NCBI GenBank assembly: GCA_010015585.1
Contig: ML975152.1
Strand: one strand, 5' to 3'
Source of the DNA: Eremomyces bilateralis CBS 781.70
Lineage: Eukaryota
DNA: 64,000 bases
Below, piece by piece: positions 50,701 through 62,885 of this stretch. Made by a program: the position numbers and the translations under genes. The notes beneath the pieces are model-generated. The model saw only the letters and a list, made by a program, of their open reading frames with translations. It was not told the origin of the DNA and made no database searches. The stretch's first letter is position 1. Each line of letters opens with the position of its first letter.

Positions 50701-53700
50701 AGAGATCCGGGTTTTGAGTGTCCGCCCAATACTCAACAAATCCGTCGAATACTTCAAGGGCAAAACATATGGCGGCTTCACTCCTCTCCATGTCATAGTC
50801 CTGAAGTAATGATCCTGCGGCCTGGAGAAGGATCTCCGCATCTTTCACGCTGACGGCGATAGAACTGCGGAAAAGAGATCTTGTGAACAAGCGGCAACTG
50901 CAGATTTCGTCCGGAGGTATGTCTGCGAGATAGGAAATGAAGCTAGTGGGAACCCGGTTGTCTTCTGTAGGTTCATCCGCGGCGCACGAGAATAGCTTTG
51001 CAAAGCAGGACACGTACGAACGTACGCTCGATATGCCGAAAAGCTGGGCCGTTTCGCCGCGAGCCGGAACCAGCAATGACTTGACAGGCTTGGCGGTACT
51101 TCTCTGAGAGTCAAATTCGGTGTCCCAATCCATAAAATCCTGGGCATCTTCTTCAACCCATACGGAGGGAAGTTTTTCTCTTCGAACATCGAATGCATTG
51201 GCAAGCCTGGTGCAGAGATGTGATATACCCGGAGGTCGTATCGTATCAACTACGGGGCTTGTAAGAGTTTCTGCGTCTGGTAGGCATTCTCCGATTGTTT
51301 GCACGACCATATCCACATACTCTAGTGGACAGAACCGGGTTTGAACCTGTGCTGCTATGATATCGAAGAGAGAGGATAATTTTGCAGAAACAGATCTGTA
51401 CTGTTTGTCAAGGCGGGGGTTAGGATGCGAAACTAAGGTGCTTCCGAAGATACCGAACATTAATATTAGCCTGAGTCCGGTGGGGGCTTTATTTGTATGC
51501 GTAGAATCCTTGCTCCACACATCGTGAAGTCTATCGGCTTCATGGGACAGAAGATCAAGCAAATGTGCATCGATTTTGAAGGAACGTTGAGAAGCGATGG
51601 GTTCTGCGCCGCCCGATTGGGCTGATTTTGCTGGTGGGACTGTGTCAAGTGATTTTGGAGAACGAGGGAGAAGGAGAAGATATGAAAACACAGCCTCGGC
51701 CTGTTCCGTCTCGGTAAGGACTTGTCCCACGCTGTCCAGAACAGCAAGCGGTGCGGGTACGATGGGAGACCAGGTGAGGTTAGAGCAGGCGTAGAGCGCC
51801 TGGGCGATGTCTTGAGCTATGAAGCGTATTGGAGACAATGGCGAGGCGAGCCCGTCGTCGGAGGTGGCTGGCTTGGTTAGATCGATCTATTGGACGAAAT
51901 GGAGGACTTACTAGCTCGCCACTTGTTGAAGATCCAGCTTATAATACTGACTGCCGTCTGCTCGACAGTATTGGGGTTCTCGGAGGATTTGAGGCGTAGA
52001 ATGCTCTGCCACAAGGACAAAGTTGCATCCGAGAGCACAGACGGCCCCGAGAGTTCTGTCGCATTGAGACATGCTTCGATCGACCCAGAGATATCGACAT
52101 AAGAAACAATCTGGGTTCTCAACATGAGATCTAGAAGATGTGCGGCAGCCCTTCCAGTCAATGGCGATGGAAGTGCTCGGAAACTGACTTGCCACACTTT
52201 TAACCAGGTCTCTTTCATTCCATAACCCTTGGATTGGGGGTGCATAATGGCAGCCGCAAGGACAACCATAGCCCATGCCGACACAGTTGAATTCTGATCA
52301 GAAATTACTCCAGTCAAAGACTCGACTAAAACAGCGAGACGGATTTCAGAGAGGGCGTCGTGGTGGATCATAAATGCCAACACTTGAAGCGCAAGAACCC
52401 TCTCCTCCTTGGGCGAGGATTTGCTTGCGACTCTAAGAAACTCTTCAAAGTATGGTGCACGACGCACCCTTTTCCGTGGTCCATCGAATTCGTTGTTGTT
52501 GTCGTCTCTACGGTTCGAAGGAACGCTTGTGTCAATTGCCGTCATAAAGTATGCAATCATGTACGGGAATGCCCAGGCCATGCCAACAGCATTCTCGCGA
52601 GATCCCTTTTGTTTGGTATTCAGTGTGCGCAGAGAGAACGTGGCGGTACTCAACGCATCCAGATTCTTGTGGGTTGTTTGTCGATGGTGCAGCGTAACAT
52701 TGTGGAGACGCAAGTGGTTGTCGGGTTTTTTGTAGTGGTAGTCGGAGATCATGGAAGCCAGGAGGGACTCTAGGTCAGGCAGATCCATCTGGTTGCGTAG
52801 CATAGACTTCAAGTGGAAACGACCGATTGTTAGAGATATTAATATTTGCTCCTTCAGCATGGGAGTTTTGTTGCTCCAATGCTGCTTGAACGCCCCGAGA
52901 AGCTCGCTCAAAAGATTTTTCGTAAGATCATGTCTCTCCGGTGCCACTCGTAACAGAAGGCTGTTAATGCACGTTACAATATCGAGAGTCCCACGAGAAA
53001 AGGATCTCAAGAGTTCCACGAGACAGAATGCTAACTTTTCTGCCCTCTCCAATGTGGGAGCATTGGCGGGCATCAAAAGAAGTTTCATGCAGTATACGAG
53101 CTCAAGAAGCTTATCGTGATCAGACTTCTGGGAAGTCCGATTGCTTATCTCTTGAGTTGGAGTACGGCCTCGAGTTGGAGTATGACCTCGAACCTCGAGT
53201 GATGCGGGAGAAACCAAAAAGGAGTTGGAGCCATTGCTTCGTAGACTGAAAGATGCCCCTGAGATGATGCTTCGGAGTCGCTGGCAACTGTCCAAGCAGA
53301 AGTCCATGATTTTTAGCCACTGGTTGGCTCGGAGGTGCTCGACATGAGGCTGATATTCGAATATCGTCCTGACACACTTCAGATAATCAAGTCCAAGGGG
53401 TTCGCAAAACCCGTCGTCTCCCACTCGGAGCGTCTGGATGATGTGATCGAGAATTGACATCAGCAACTTGGTATTAAGACAATGAACGCCCCCTTCAATG
53501 ATTTCCCGCAAAGCAACGCCAATTGGTCCTAGGCGTAAAGCAGCAGAATTGGATGTTGCCTTGCTGACTTTCAGCCAAAGTGAACGATCGGAAGATACGA
53601 GCTCGAACAAGGCATTGAATGCATCGTTCCATTCTTCCTTTTTGATCTCCTCAATTTGTTGTGCCTTCCGGATTCTGGAAAACCATTGACGAAGTTCTGC

Positions 53701-53781
53701 AACGCCTTCCTTTTGGTTTTTGAGGACGGAAGACTGCATGGACTTTACAGCGTCCGAAAGACTTGCGCCGTTCTCCTTCAT
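44788..53781 (-). CDS. TEL1: PIKK serine/threonine kinase Tel1/ATM; multi-exon
   Basis: Very long HEAT-like region, FAT region ([16 protein letters not shown]), kinase motifs [52 protein letters not shown], and FATC end [12 protein letters not shown]. Confidence 0.95.
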
Positions 53782-54265
53782 TGTGCATTATGCCGAAGCT
53801 TGGGAGCTTTCTAAGCTTTTAGGTGGAAACACGAATTAATGCAGTGCTACTGTGAAGAAGGGGAGGGAGTCCCCAATTGTTCGTTTTGATGTCTGTTGTC
53901 GATGTAGTAGTAGGAGTATGGAATAGTAGTAGAAGGAAATATCTGGGAGGCTGTTGATCGCGTTGAGACGAGCAACGCGACTGGGGGAACCGGAAGAGCT
54001 GATTGGTGACGCCACTGGATGACAAAGGGGAAGTGGAGAAAAAATATGTGTAAATGCCTGACAGCCTGAGGTTTAAATATGTGGAGTGTCCCACTGACCA
54101 ATCGGCGCGTCTTCTCACCACCGCGTTTCTACATCCCAGTTTCTAGTGTTTCTACACAGACGGAGACACTCAGATACATGCACATACTCTTTTGTTCTCA
54201 TAGCACCACCAGTTCCCTACCCGTCTAACATCGCCGACGGTGCAGGAGGTGTTGCAACGCCCCCG

Positions 54266-57200
54266 ATGGATGACGTTGACGACCTAGCGGCTCTCGAAGA
54301 GCTCCATCGCGACCTCCTAGGCCTCCAAGCAAGAAGCCTTGGTGTGCTACAACGACTGGATCCGCTACTCGATGAATTGCGCAGCTGGATTCCTACTTTT
54401 AGAGAACTTCTCAATAAGCCCCAGAGAAATGAGAGCAGCCGGAGAACGCTTATGACAGGTAAGCATGCATCATTCGTCCCAGGAGAGCGCGGATTCTTAT
54501 AAAACGTACAGGGACCATCACAGTCGATGAAGTGGAGTACTCAATCACAGACGAATTCAAGGTCCAAGTTATCGAAGTTTCCGATGAACTAGATCTCGAT
54601 GAACTCCGAGCCTCGAAGCTCTATCTTCAAGCTCAAGATGATGCCGTGGAGCTGGACCGAAGCCCAACAACAACCGCCGTGATAAGATTCCACAAACGCC
54701 GCCAACTCCTCCTCGAATGCCTACGATTACTCCTAGTCCGACCATGGAGTGCCTCGGAAGAGGATGAGGGCAACGACGAATATTTTGCTTCTTTAGGGGA
54801 GGGGACGTTGGAGAGCCTGGAGAGGGAATGGTCGACTATCCTCGATTTGTTACTCGGAAGAGACGAAGGTGACAACAGTGTGGACAGAGGCTCCCAATTC
54901 TGGAACCGATGCCAGAATTACATGGAAAACGTTGAAAAATGGATAGCGACACTTTTGACACGTTTCAAACGCTACGAGCTGGTAGACTTGGTCCTTCCAG
55001 CAGAACTCCAGGAAGTTTTTACCTTCCAACTGAGCTCTCTCTCGAATCAGCATGCATCACTTTCTGCCATCTGCGTGCATCTCACAAATCGCGCTTTTAC
55101 GACCTTTGTGGACTTCCGGAACCTCCTTAACCGGTTATCGAAATTGGATAAACACGACGCAATTCTCTTGCACTATTTTCCAATTTACATGGCTTTTGTT
55201 GCCCAATTCGGCAAACGAAATACGGCGCTCTCTCCCGAAGAGGATCGACAATTGACCCAGCTTCTGCATCCGGCCAAGGACACAGATCCGTGGATATTAC
55301 GGAATTTCCATGCCGCATGCTTGGTCTGCTGGCTGAGCGAATATGGAGCCTCCGATGCTGCGCGGGAACGTGTCAATGCGAATGACCGAGCCAAACAGAT
55401 CGAATTGCTGTTCACCGAGGCATTAAGGAATGGTGCATTTCATTTCCTGCTGTCCCTTGCGAAAGATGTACACCGCGACGAATGGTACGATCCCGCCAAA
55501 GTTGGACTAGTATCCTTTCTTCTCCAGGAAACCCCCTCCCTTCCACAGGGCACGTCTGCAATGTCGGAGCACATTGAACAGCTCATTGTGAAATCGTTGC
55601 AGGCCTTCATTGGGTCTTTGATCACCAACATGCCGGATGCTTTGAGAAAGCTCAAAGAAGAGGAGGATGAAAATCGGCGACTTCTGCAATCGAGATTCCA
55701 ACGGGGGACCAAAGAATACGATTTGCACCTAGAAAGATTTATGGTCATCATTGCGTATGCCTACGAAGGAAAGCCACAGAACGCATTGGACTTTTGGACG
55801 GAAACCGATGGGAACCTACGTGGCTTCCTGTCTTGGGCTGCAAAGCGACAGACGACGCCTCGTGCGGCAGCATTTTGCGAAATGCTATGCTCACTCTCCG
55901 AGGACGAGGCGTGTGCAAATTACGCCCACGGATTCCTTCGCGACGAGAGTGATTCCACCACGGGAAAGCTCCGACGGGCGACGTCGCTCAGTTGGACACA
56001 GATCTTCAACGAGCTTCAATTCTACTCGAACACCATGAAGGACCGACCCGCGATTGCTCCAAACCCCTCCTCGGCCCATTCGTTTAACGACCAAATCATA
56101 GAACCCGAGTCGCAACTCATGCTAGAGTGCTATTTACGGCTTGTGTATCATTTATGTCGCACGAGCCCCGATGCGCGGGAATGGGTCATTTCACATCCCG
56201 TGATCAACCTTCCTGGGATCCTCTTTCAGCTATGCAGCAGTGGCATTGAGAACCGGCTGAGGGCATGCGCCTTCAACGCGATAACAGCGTTGCTAACCAA
56301 CAAGAGCGTGGAGCTTGGGAGAGCCTTGTGGAATGCCCTGGATCATTGGATTTTCGGATCTCTTTCGTCGAGTCCCAAATCCGGAGCAAGTCTCGAGGTA
56401 GCGGCCCAAACGGAAATGCTGACGTTCAATGCGATTGCATCTGGTTTCGAGGAAGCGAATGCCTTTGTTGGCCTTGTCAACGCACTTGTCGCACCATTCC
56501 CCTCGGAATTCAATATATTCGATTCATTGCCATTCCCAGAGCAACTTGGCGCGGCATATCGGATGCCGGGTATCGAATCATACATCGATTTTACGATTGG
56601 ACGGCTGTTTGCCGAAACGTCCGTGGATATGTCAGATCGGCTGCAGCAACAGGTCCTTCGATTGAATTGCCTGACCCTTATTGCGACTTGCCTGTCAACA
56701 TTCAACGACAATCTTGTGGCTATTGCAATGCTGTCTAATATCAAAGTGGACTCGGCGATCCAGACCACCTCCCTATCTGCGTATGTCAGGCTTCACCCGT
56801 TTGCCCGCGTGATGGACTGGATGTTCAATGACAAGGTCCTCTCGGCGTTGTTTGACACCGCCAACCAAAAGATCGACGAGGTCAACAGCGTCACTTCTAC
56901 ATCCCCGCAAATCGCGGCGCTTCTCAAGAGCATCGAGGTCATGGACCTGATCATGAAACTACAGTCGACATATGTGGACTATGTCCGCCCCATTATCAAA
57001 ACTCAAACCACCGAGCGAAGGGCACCGGTCGCAAATTCCGCGCTAGCGTCTTTCGAAGATGCTGTGTTGAATAACTTGAGGCTGGTGGTTGATCTTGGCC
57101 TCTACTGCGGTACAGGACATGAAGAGCTGACCATGGTGTGTTTGCGGCTGCTAGAGAAATTGTCTTCCTCAAGAAAACTCGCGTTATCGACCACCTCCTC

Positions 57201-59394
57201 CTACGGGTCACGCGCTGAGAAAAGCAAAATCATCATCATTATGGAAGGCGAGAACGACTCCGAGCGCATATCCCGTGGCCTCATCCCGGCGATGCAGCTC
57301 GACGTGCGAGAGCTCGAGGCCGGTCCTGAGACTGCAGGATATCTCATCAAGGTTCAGATACTGGATTTCCTATACCGGGGCTTAAGCACCTTATCCGACC
57401 GAGCCGGACTTTCGCATCTTTTGCTCGGGTTCTCGAGCGGACCGTCGGCTGGCTCGATCACCATATCGGACGACGGCTTGTTTACTAACGGAATGTCCTT
57501 GTTTCATTCCCTCGTTCGTCTTGCCGTTGAGCATCCTATCTGCGACGGAGACCTGATGATAGGATGGCAACTCAGGATCAGGCAAGCATGCATCGACATC
57601 CTGAGAACACTGTGGAAATCCCCTCTCTCATCGCAGCTCGTCATGCTGGAGCTTCGCAATCACGATTTTGCGTTTCACACCGCCCTCCGGAACGTTCTCG
57701 TTCACTCACGCACGCTTTGGGATGGAAGGACATTGGACGATGATGACTTCCTTCTCTCTAGCTCTGCTTACTGCCTGCGATACTTTCTGCAGCTGAGGGC
57801 AGCTATGTACGACTACATTGCCCGAGAATTACGAGCGGCAACCTTGGCCAAGCAAACCACGCTTGTTGCGCGATTGAAGGGGATGATTCTTGGAACCACC
57901 ACGGTCCCTGGTGGGGATCCCCTTCCGAACCCCACCATATTCGACCTCTTCGACTTCGCCGAATTCGAATTCCCGGAATCAATCCCCTTTCCAGAGACGA
58001 GGCTTTTACAAGGCTTAGATCTTGCAATTTGCGAGACGGAGGGAGCGGATGGCACGCCTCATCTAGATTTGACTCGCGTCGAAGAGCTGCTCCTTCTGAA
58101 GCGGAACGAATTGGAGAGGGACGTCAAGATCTCCACCGCCGAGGAATCTGCGGTGGTCAAGCAGGAATGCCTCCAGGTTTTAGCATATGTGCATGCGCGG
58201 AACCAGTTGGAAGCGATCAACGCGGCTCGTATTAAGACGTTGAGGTCCTGGATACAGCTTCTGACCGTCGTATTTGAGACGTGCTCTCTGGAGGCCAACA
58301 TCAAGGATCCGATCTTGATGCATGCTCTTCAAGTCATTCTACCGAAACTCGAGCGCGCCATACAACAGAACGCCGAAGAAGCTTCTTATCTTACAGCTGC
58401 AGCGGGCACGATATTGCAGCATTCCAACCACGCCGCCTTCGCAAGGGCCAACCGGAACGGAGACGTAGCGAACGACATGCTGTTCCAGCTCTTCCGAATC
58501 TTACTGAACGGCATCGCAACCCCGAGTTCGGCGCCCGAATTTAGACATGCGGCCGAGCAGGTCACCCATACCTACCTTCGAAACGTCACCGCAACCTCGA
58601 CCAAGGCATCCCCACTGTCCAAGCAGATCTTACGGATCCTGAAGCTCTGCGGCGATCGCTTGTTCCAGGTCCTTTGCGACGACGCCCAGTCGGGCGGAAA
58701 CATCGGACGTCTACCGCCCATCCTCTTATTGGAAACCATGGTCTCCCTGACCGCCCGCGAAGAATCGAAGCTTGTTATCGAACAGATGTCAAAGTTGAAT
58801 TTCACGGGTCTACTAGTCGATAGCATCAAGTACATTCCCGCCGAAGTCGCCGCGTCTCCACCCGCCGACATCCCCCAACTCGTCACCTGCTACCACGCCA
58901 TCCTCGCGCTCCTCCTCCGCATCTGCCAGACGCGCACGGGCGCCATCCAGATCCTCAACGCTGGCCTATTCCAGGCCGTCCGCGAGTCCCAGCTCTTCTC
59001 CGCCGACCCCGATATCGGGCTCGAAATCGACAATCCCCAGGCGCTGCAGCGTTTCTACGAGGTCATGCTGGCAGTGCTCCGGGTGATCAATGCCGTGGTG
59101 TTGACGCGCGGCCCGCAGAACGAGCGGGTGCTGCAGCAGGCGCGCGCGTTCGTGCGGGAGAACCGGTCGTCGATCGTGGGCGTGTTCAAGCGGCAGGCGG
59201 GCATTGGGAGCGCGGCCGGCAACGCGCAGGACGAGCTGAACGAGTTGGTAGATCACTTCGCACTGCTGATCGCGGCGACGGAATTTATTGAGGTATGTGA
59301 ACGTGTCTTGCCATGCCCTTTGCCGGTGCTAACGAAACCGCAGCACGAGGATAAGACGGCGTTCACCAAGGCGCAGTCGACGCTCTTTTCATGA
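54266..59394 (+). CDS. NUP192: Inner-ring nucleoporin Nup192/Nup205; 3 exons
   Basis: ~1650 aa helical protein. FRELLNKPQRNESSR, SDELDLDELRA, LERFMVIIAYAY, DSLPFPEQLGAAYRMPGIESYIDF, YVRLHPF, FSADPDIG. Confidence 0.88.
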
Positions 59395-59539
59395 ACGACG
59401 AGCGGGTGTTTTATAGAGCGGAATGGTTCAGTGGGTCATTTGGATCATCCGGGTGCGGCGTAAATAGGGCGACGTGTGGTCAACCACGAGCGGATATGTA
59501 TATGCGGTGCAACGGGAGGGGTGAAAAAGTTATCGTAGA

Positions 59540-60097
59540 TTAAGCAACGGTCGACGGGCCGGCTGATTCGTTTATTTCCGAAAGTCCATCGAGCCCTCTG
59601 CTCGTTCGCTGTGAGTCCGTATTCGGGACGAGGGTTCCCCACGGCGCCGTCCCTCCGACGTCCGCAATCTCGTCCAGCTTGTTCCCCAGCTTCACGACGC
59701 TGTACCGGATTAACCGCGGGTCGTTGCTCAGCGTCCGCTTCATGGAGTGCTGCGCCTTCGCCGAGGAGTCGAAGCGCATGATGAAGTAGTGGCCACGGTT
59801 GAAGAGGCCTTGATCCTTCTTCCGCAGCGGTTTGGGGAGGAGGAAGGTGCCCCAGTTCGTGTAGCCGCGGACGACACCGCCGGAACCGAGAATGATGCTC
59901 CCGGAGCGCTTCGCTATCCTGCGTGTGGTCAGTTCGAGTTCGACGGTCGTCGCGGATGTGCGGGAAGAGGTGGATGGGCGTACTCCTTGACTTCATTGAG
60001 CCTTGATGGTCTCACCTAGTCGGGATATGTTAGCGAAGGGGTCATATTGTGACAATGTTTGAAGACATCTTACCACTCCAATCAATTCATAAAGCAT
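59540..60097 (-). CDS. MRP17: Mitochondrial ribosomal protein S6 (bS6m); 3 exons
   Basis: MLYELIGV|VRP...EVKE|IAKRSGSIILGSGGVVRGYTNWGTFLLPK...GHYFIMRFDSS...DPRLIRYSVVKLG. Confidence 0.88.
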
Positions 60098-60478
60098 GAT
60101 GGTCAAACAAATGAATCATTCCTCCGTGTGGTGAACTCGGATCGTGGTTTGCGGCTGGTGGTCGCGAACAATGAGAACTTTCGATGAGCGCTGCATGGAC
60201 TACATTAGGTGCCTTTATGCCTTGGCGCCTTGGTGCCTCTTCCTGTTCTGCTTCACTTTGCGGTTGCCCCTGCAAAAGCCCAAAACCGACGACCATCGCG
60301 CGAGAGAACAGAGGAAACGACGACCCACAACGGTGGAACGTCATTGCACGTGGATTTGGATTCTCCGAGCTCCCCTCCGTTGTCCAGCTCATTGTTTGGT
60401 GATATTCAATCGGTGATATTCCATACCTGAACGCACCAATATCCCGCTTTTCGTCTCAGTAGCTATAACCACCTCATC

Positions 60479-61141
60479 ATGGCTGCCCGAGTCTCAATTG
60501 CTCGAGCTTCGCGCTCAATGGGGTCTTTGATGGCTGCTCCTGTCCGCCGACCGTTTTTGTCAGCCCAACAACCGCGGATAACTCACAGATTCCCCGACGT
60601 GCGGTCGTTCAGCGTGTCGGCTCTGCGTACGTATCTGGGGCCCATGGAACCGCCTGATCACCACCCAGGACGCTAATTGTTGTTTAGAGCGCGCGAAAAT
60701 ATACTCGGAAGATCATGAGTGGATTGAGGTCTCGGAAGATGGCAAGATTGGTACGGCGCCGGACGGAGTGTCGGAGTCCTTCACGACGAGGGCACGCATG
60801 GCTAACCACTTCCCCGAGCAGGTACCTTCGGTATTAGCACCTACGCCGCCGAACGGCTCGGTGATATCGTCTACGTGGAGCTGCCGGAGTTATCCATCGA
60901 CATCCAAGCCGGCGAAGCCATTGGCGCTGTCGAGTCGGTGAAGAGTGTCTCCGATCTCTTGTCCCCGGTGTCGGGGAAAGTCGTGCAGACCAACGCCGCC
61001 GTAGAAGGCAAGCCGGCCACGATAAATCAGAGTCCGGAAGGGGAGGGGTGGATTGCGAAGATCGAGCTCGCCGATAAGGGGGAGCTGGAGACGCTGATGG
61101 ATGAGGATGCGTATGTCAAATTTATCAAGGAAGAATCATGA
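60479..61141 (+). CDS. GCV3: Glycine cleavage system H protein, mitochondrial; 3 exons
   Basis: Arg-rich presequence, KIYSEDHEWI, LGDIVYVELP, lipoyl motif GAVESVKSVSD, INQSPEGEGWIAK. Confidence 0.95.
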
Positions 61142-61338
61142 GCCGTCGATATTTTACTAGATCCGGTGGAAAGTGAATATATTTCAGAATTGGCATCTGT
61201 CTTGAGAGCCATTATCGAACCATTGCGCTGAGAGCTTGTCCGTCGCCTGTATCCGGCCTTCGTCCACTTCTGGTTGTGTTGGTTTTGAATATAGACTATT
61301 GCCCAACCCAATTGAAGAGAAGTTGAGGATATCATATT

Positions 61339-62474
61339 TCACAGATACAATGTTTTCCTGGATTCCGAGCTCTCTCTCGCCAGCTCGACTACCCTCATCA
61401 CCGTACTAGCCTCTTCACCGGACACCAACGACTTGGATATCCCCCTCAAAGTGTCCGCAACGTTTTGATAGAACCCCTTGTACGTCTCCGGTACAGCGGT
61501 GGGCAATGTTTGGACTTCGGGTCGTCCATCCACCCATCGAGTGAGCGTCCCATAGTGTTCTTCCGGATCCACTCCAAACCCTTCCTGTGACGGCGCCCAG
61601 CCCGCACGCAACTGGTCTTCCTGGACGTCCAAGTACGATTTTCGGAACGACGCGTTCGTGCCCCGGACCCAGAAACGTAGCTGCGCTGCCTCCGCGCTGA
61701 CGACGCCGGCCTTGAGCGTGACAAGAGGAAGCTCGGGGTCCCTGTACGTGAGCAGAACCGTGAATGAATCGTGCGGAGCCTCCGGTACGTTTCGTTGATT
61801 GGTAAGGAAAGCAGTGACGCTCTCTGGCGCGCCGAAGAGACAGACGGCCTGGTCGATCAGATGGGTTCCCAGGTCGAAGATGGCCCCCGTCGCGGGCTGG
61901 GACACGTCGACCTTCCAGCTCGTAGCTGGAGGGTCCGGCCGATGCCGGTCGAAGTGGGATTCAAACTCGGCGATGCGGCCGAGGACGTTACCCTTGATCA
62001 ACTCCGACACGGTAAGGAAATCAGAATCGTACCGCTGGGGGAAATGTCAGTGGTTGGATCCGTCAAGCATGGCGCATCAGGGTGACTAACGCGATTCTGA
62101 TACACCATTATATGCAAGCCTCTTTCGTTCGCAAGTTCGAATAGCAATTGAGCCTCCGTTGCAGTCGGCACGAACGGCTTTTCGACAACGACGTGCTTCG
62201 ACCTCCTCAAAGCGCTTTCGCACATTCCAAAATGCGACTCGGGCGGAGTGGTCACCACAACGACATCGACTGCCTCATCTTGCAGCATTTCGCTGTAGTC
62301 CGTCCACGTCTTAATTCCGGCATGCTCCGCTCCTGCATCGTTGCCAGGCTGGGGAGACCGCTGCACAATCCCATAGAGCTTCAACGATGGTATTTGCGGG
62401 ATGAATGGGATGTGGAAAACTTTGGCGGAGAGACCATATCCGACTACAACAACGTTGAAAGTGCTTGGAGCCAT
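61339..62474 (-). CDS. Gfo/Idh/MocA-family NAD(P)-dependent oxidoreductase (YdgJ-like); 2 exons
   Basis: VVVVGYGLSAKVFHIP, VDVVVVTTP, HVVVEKPF, VYQNR|RYDSDF, GAIFDLGTHLIDQ, DVQEDQL. Confidence 0.9.
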
Positions 62475-62885
62475 TTCGTTGGAATGGATGCACAATTATA
62501 TTTGTTAGAACAAGAATATTCCAACTTGGAGTTGACGGTAAGGTTGTATTGGGATGGGATTTTAGTGGTGCAATTGTACGGTCCACTCATTCAAGCTCCG
62601 ACTACAACAGAATGCGGTGGATAATATATTTACCGTATAACTATAACATCCCTACCTTGTTCAGCTAAGGTAAGTTAGTAAGGAAGATATAGAATGTGAG
62701 TCTTGTTCTCAAATTAATAGATTTTACCGGTCTCGCATCACTAGTAGGGGGAATACTCTCGAAGTCTCGAAGTGTTTAGGAGTCATGAATCATGAAATTC
62801 GGTCAAGCCCCTATACCATTAAGAAATAGTCAAGCGCACACAGGTATATACCTGTAGGTATCATAGCTAACTATCCAAACATCCT

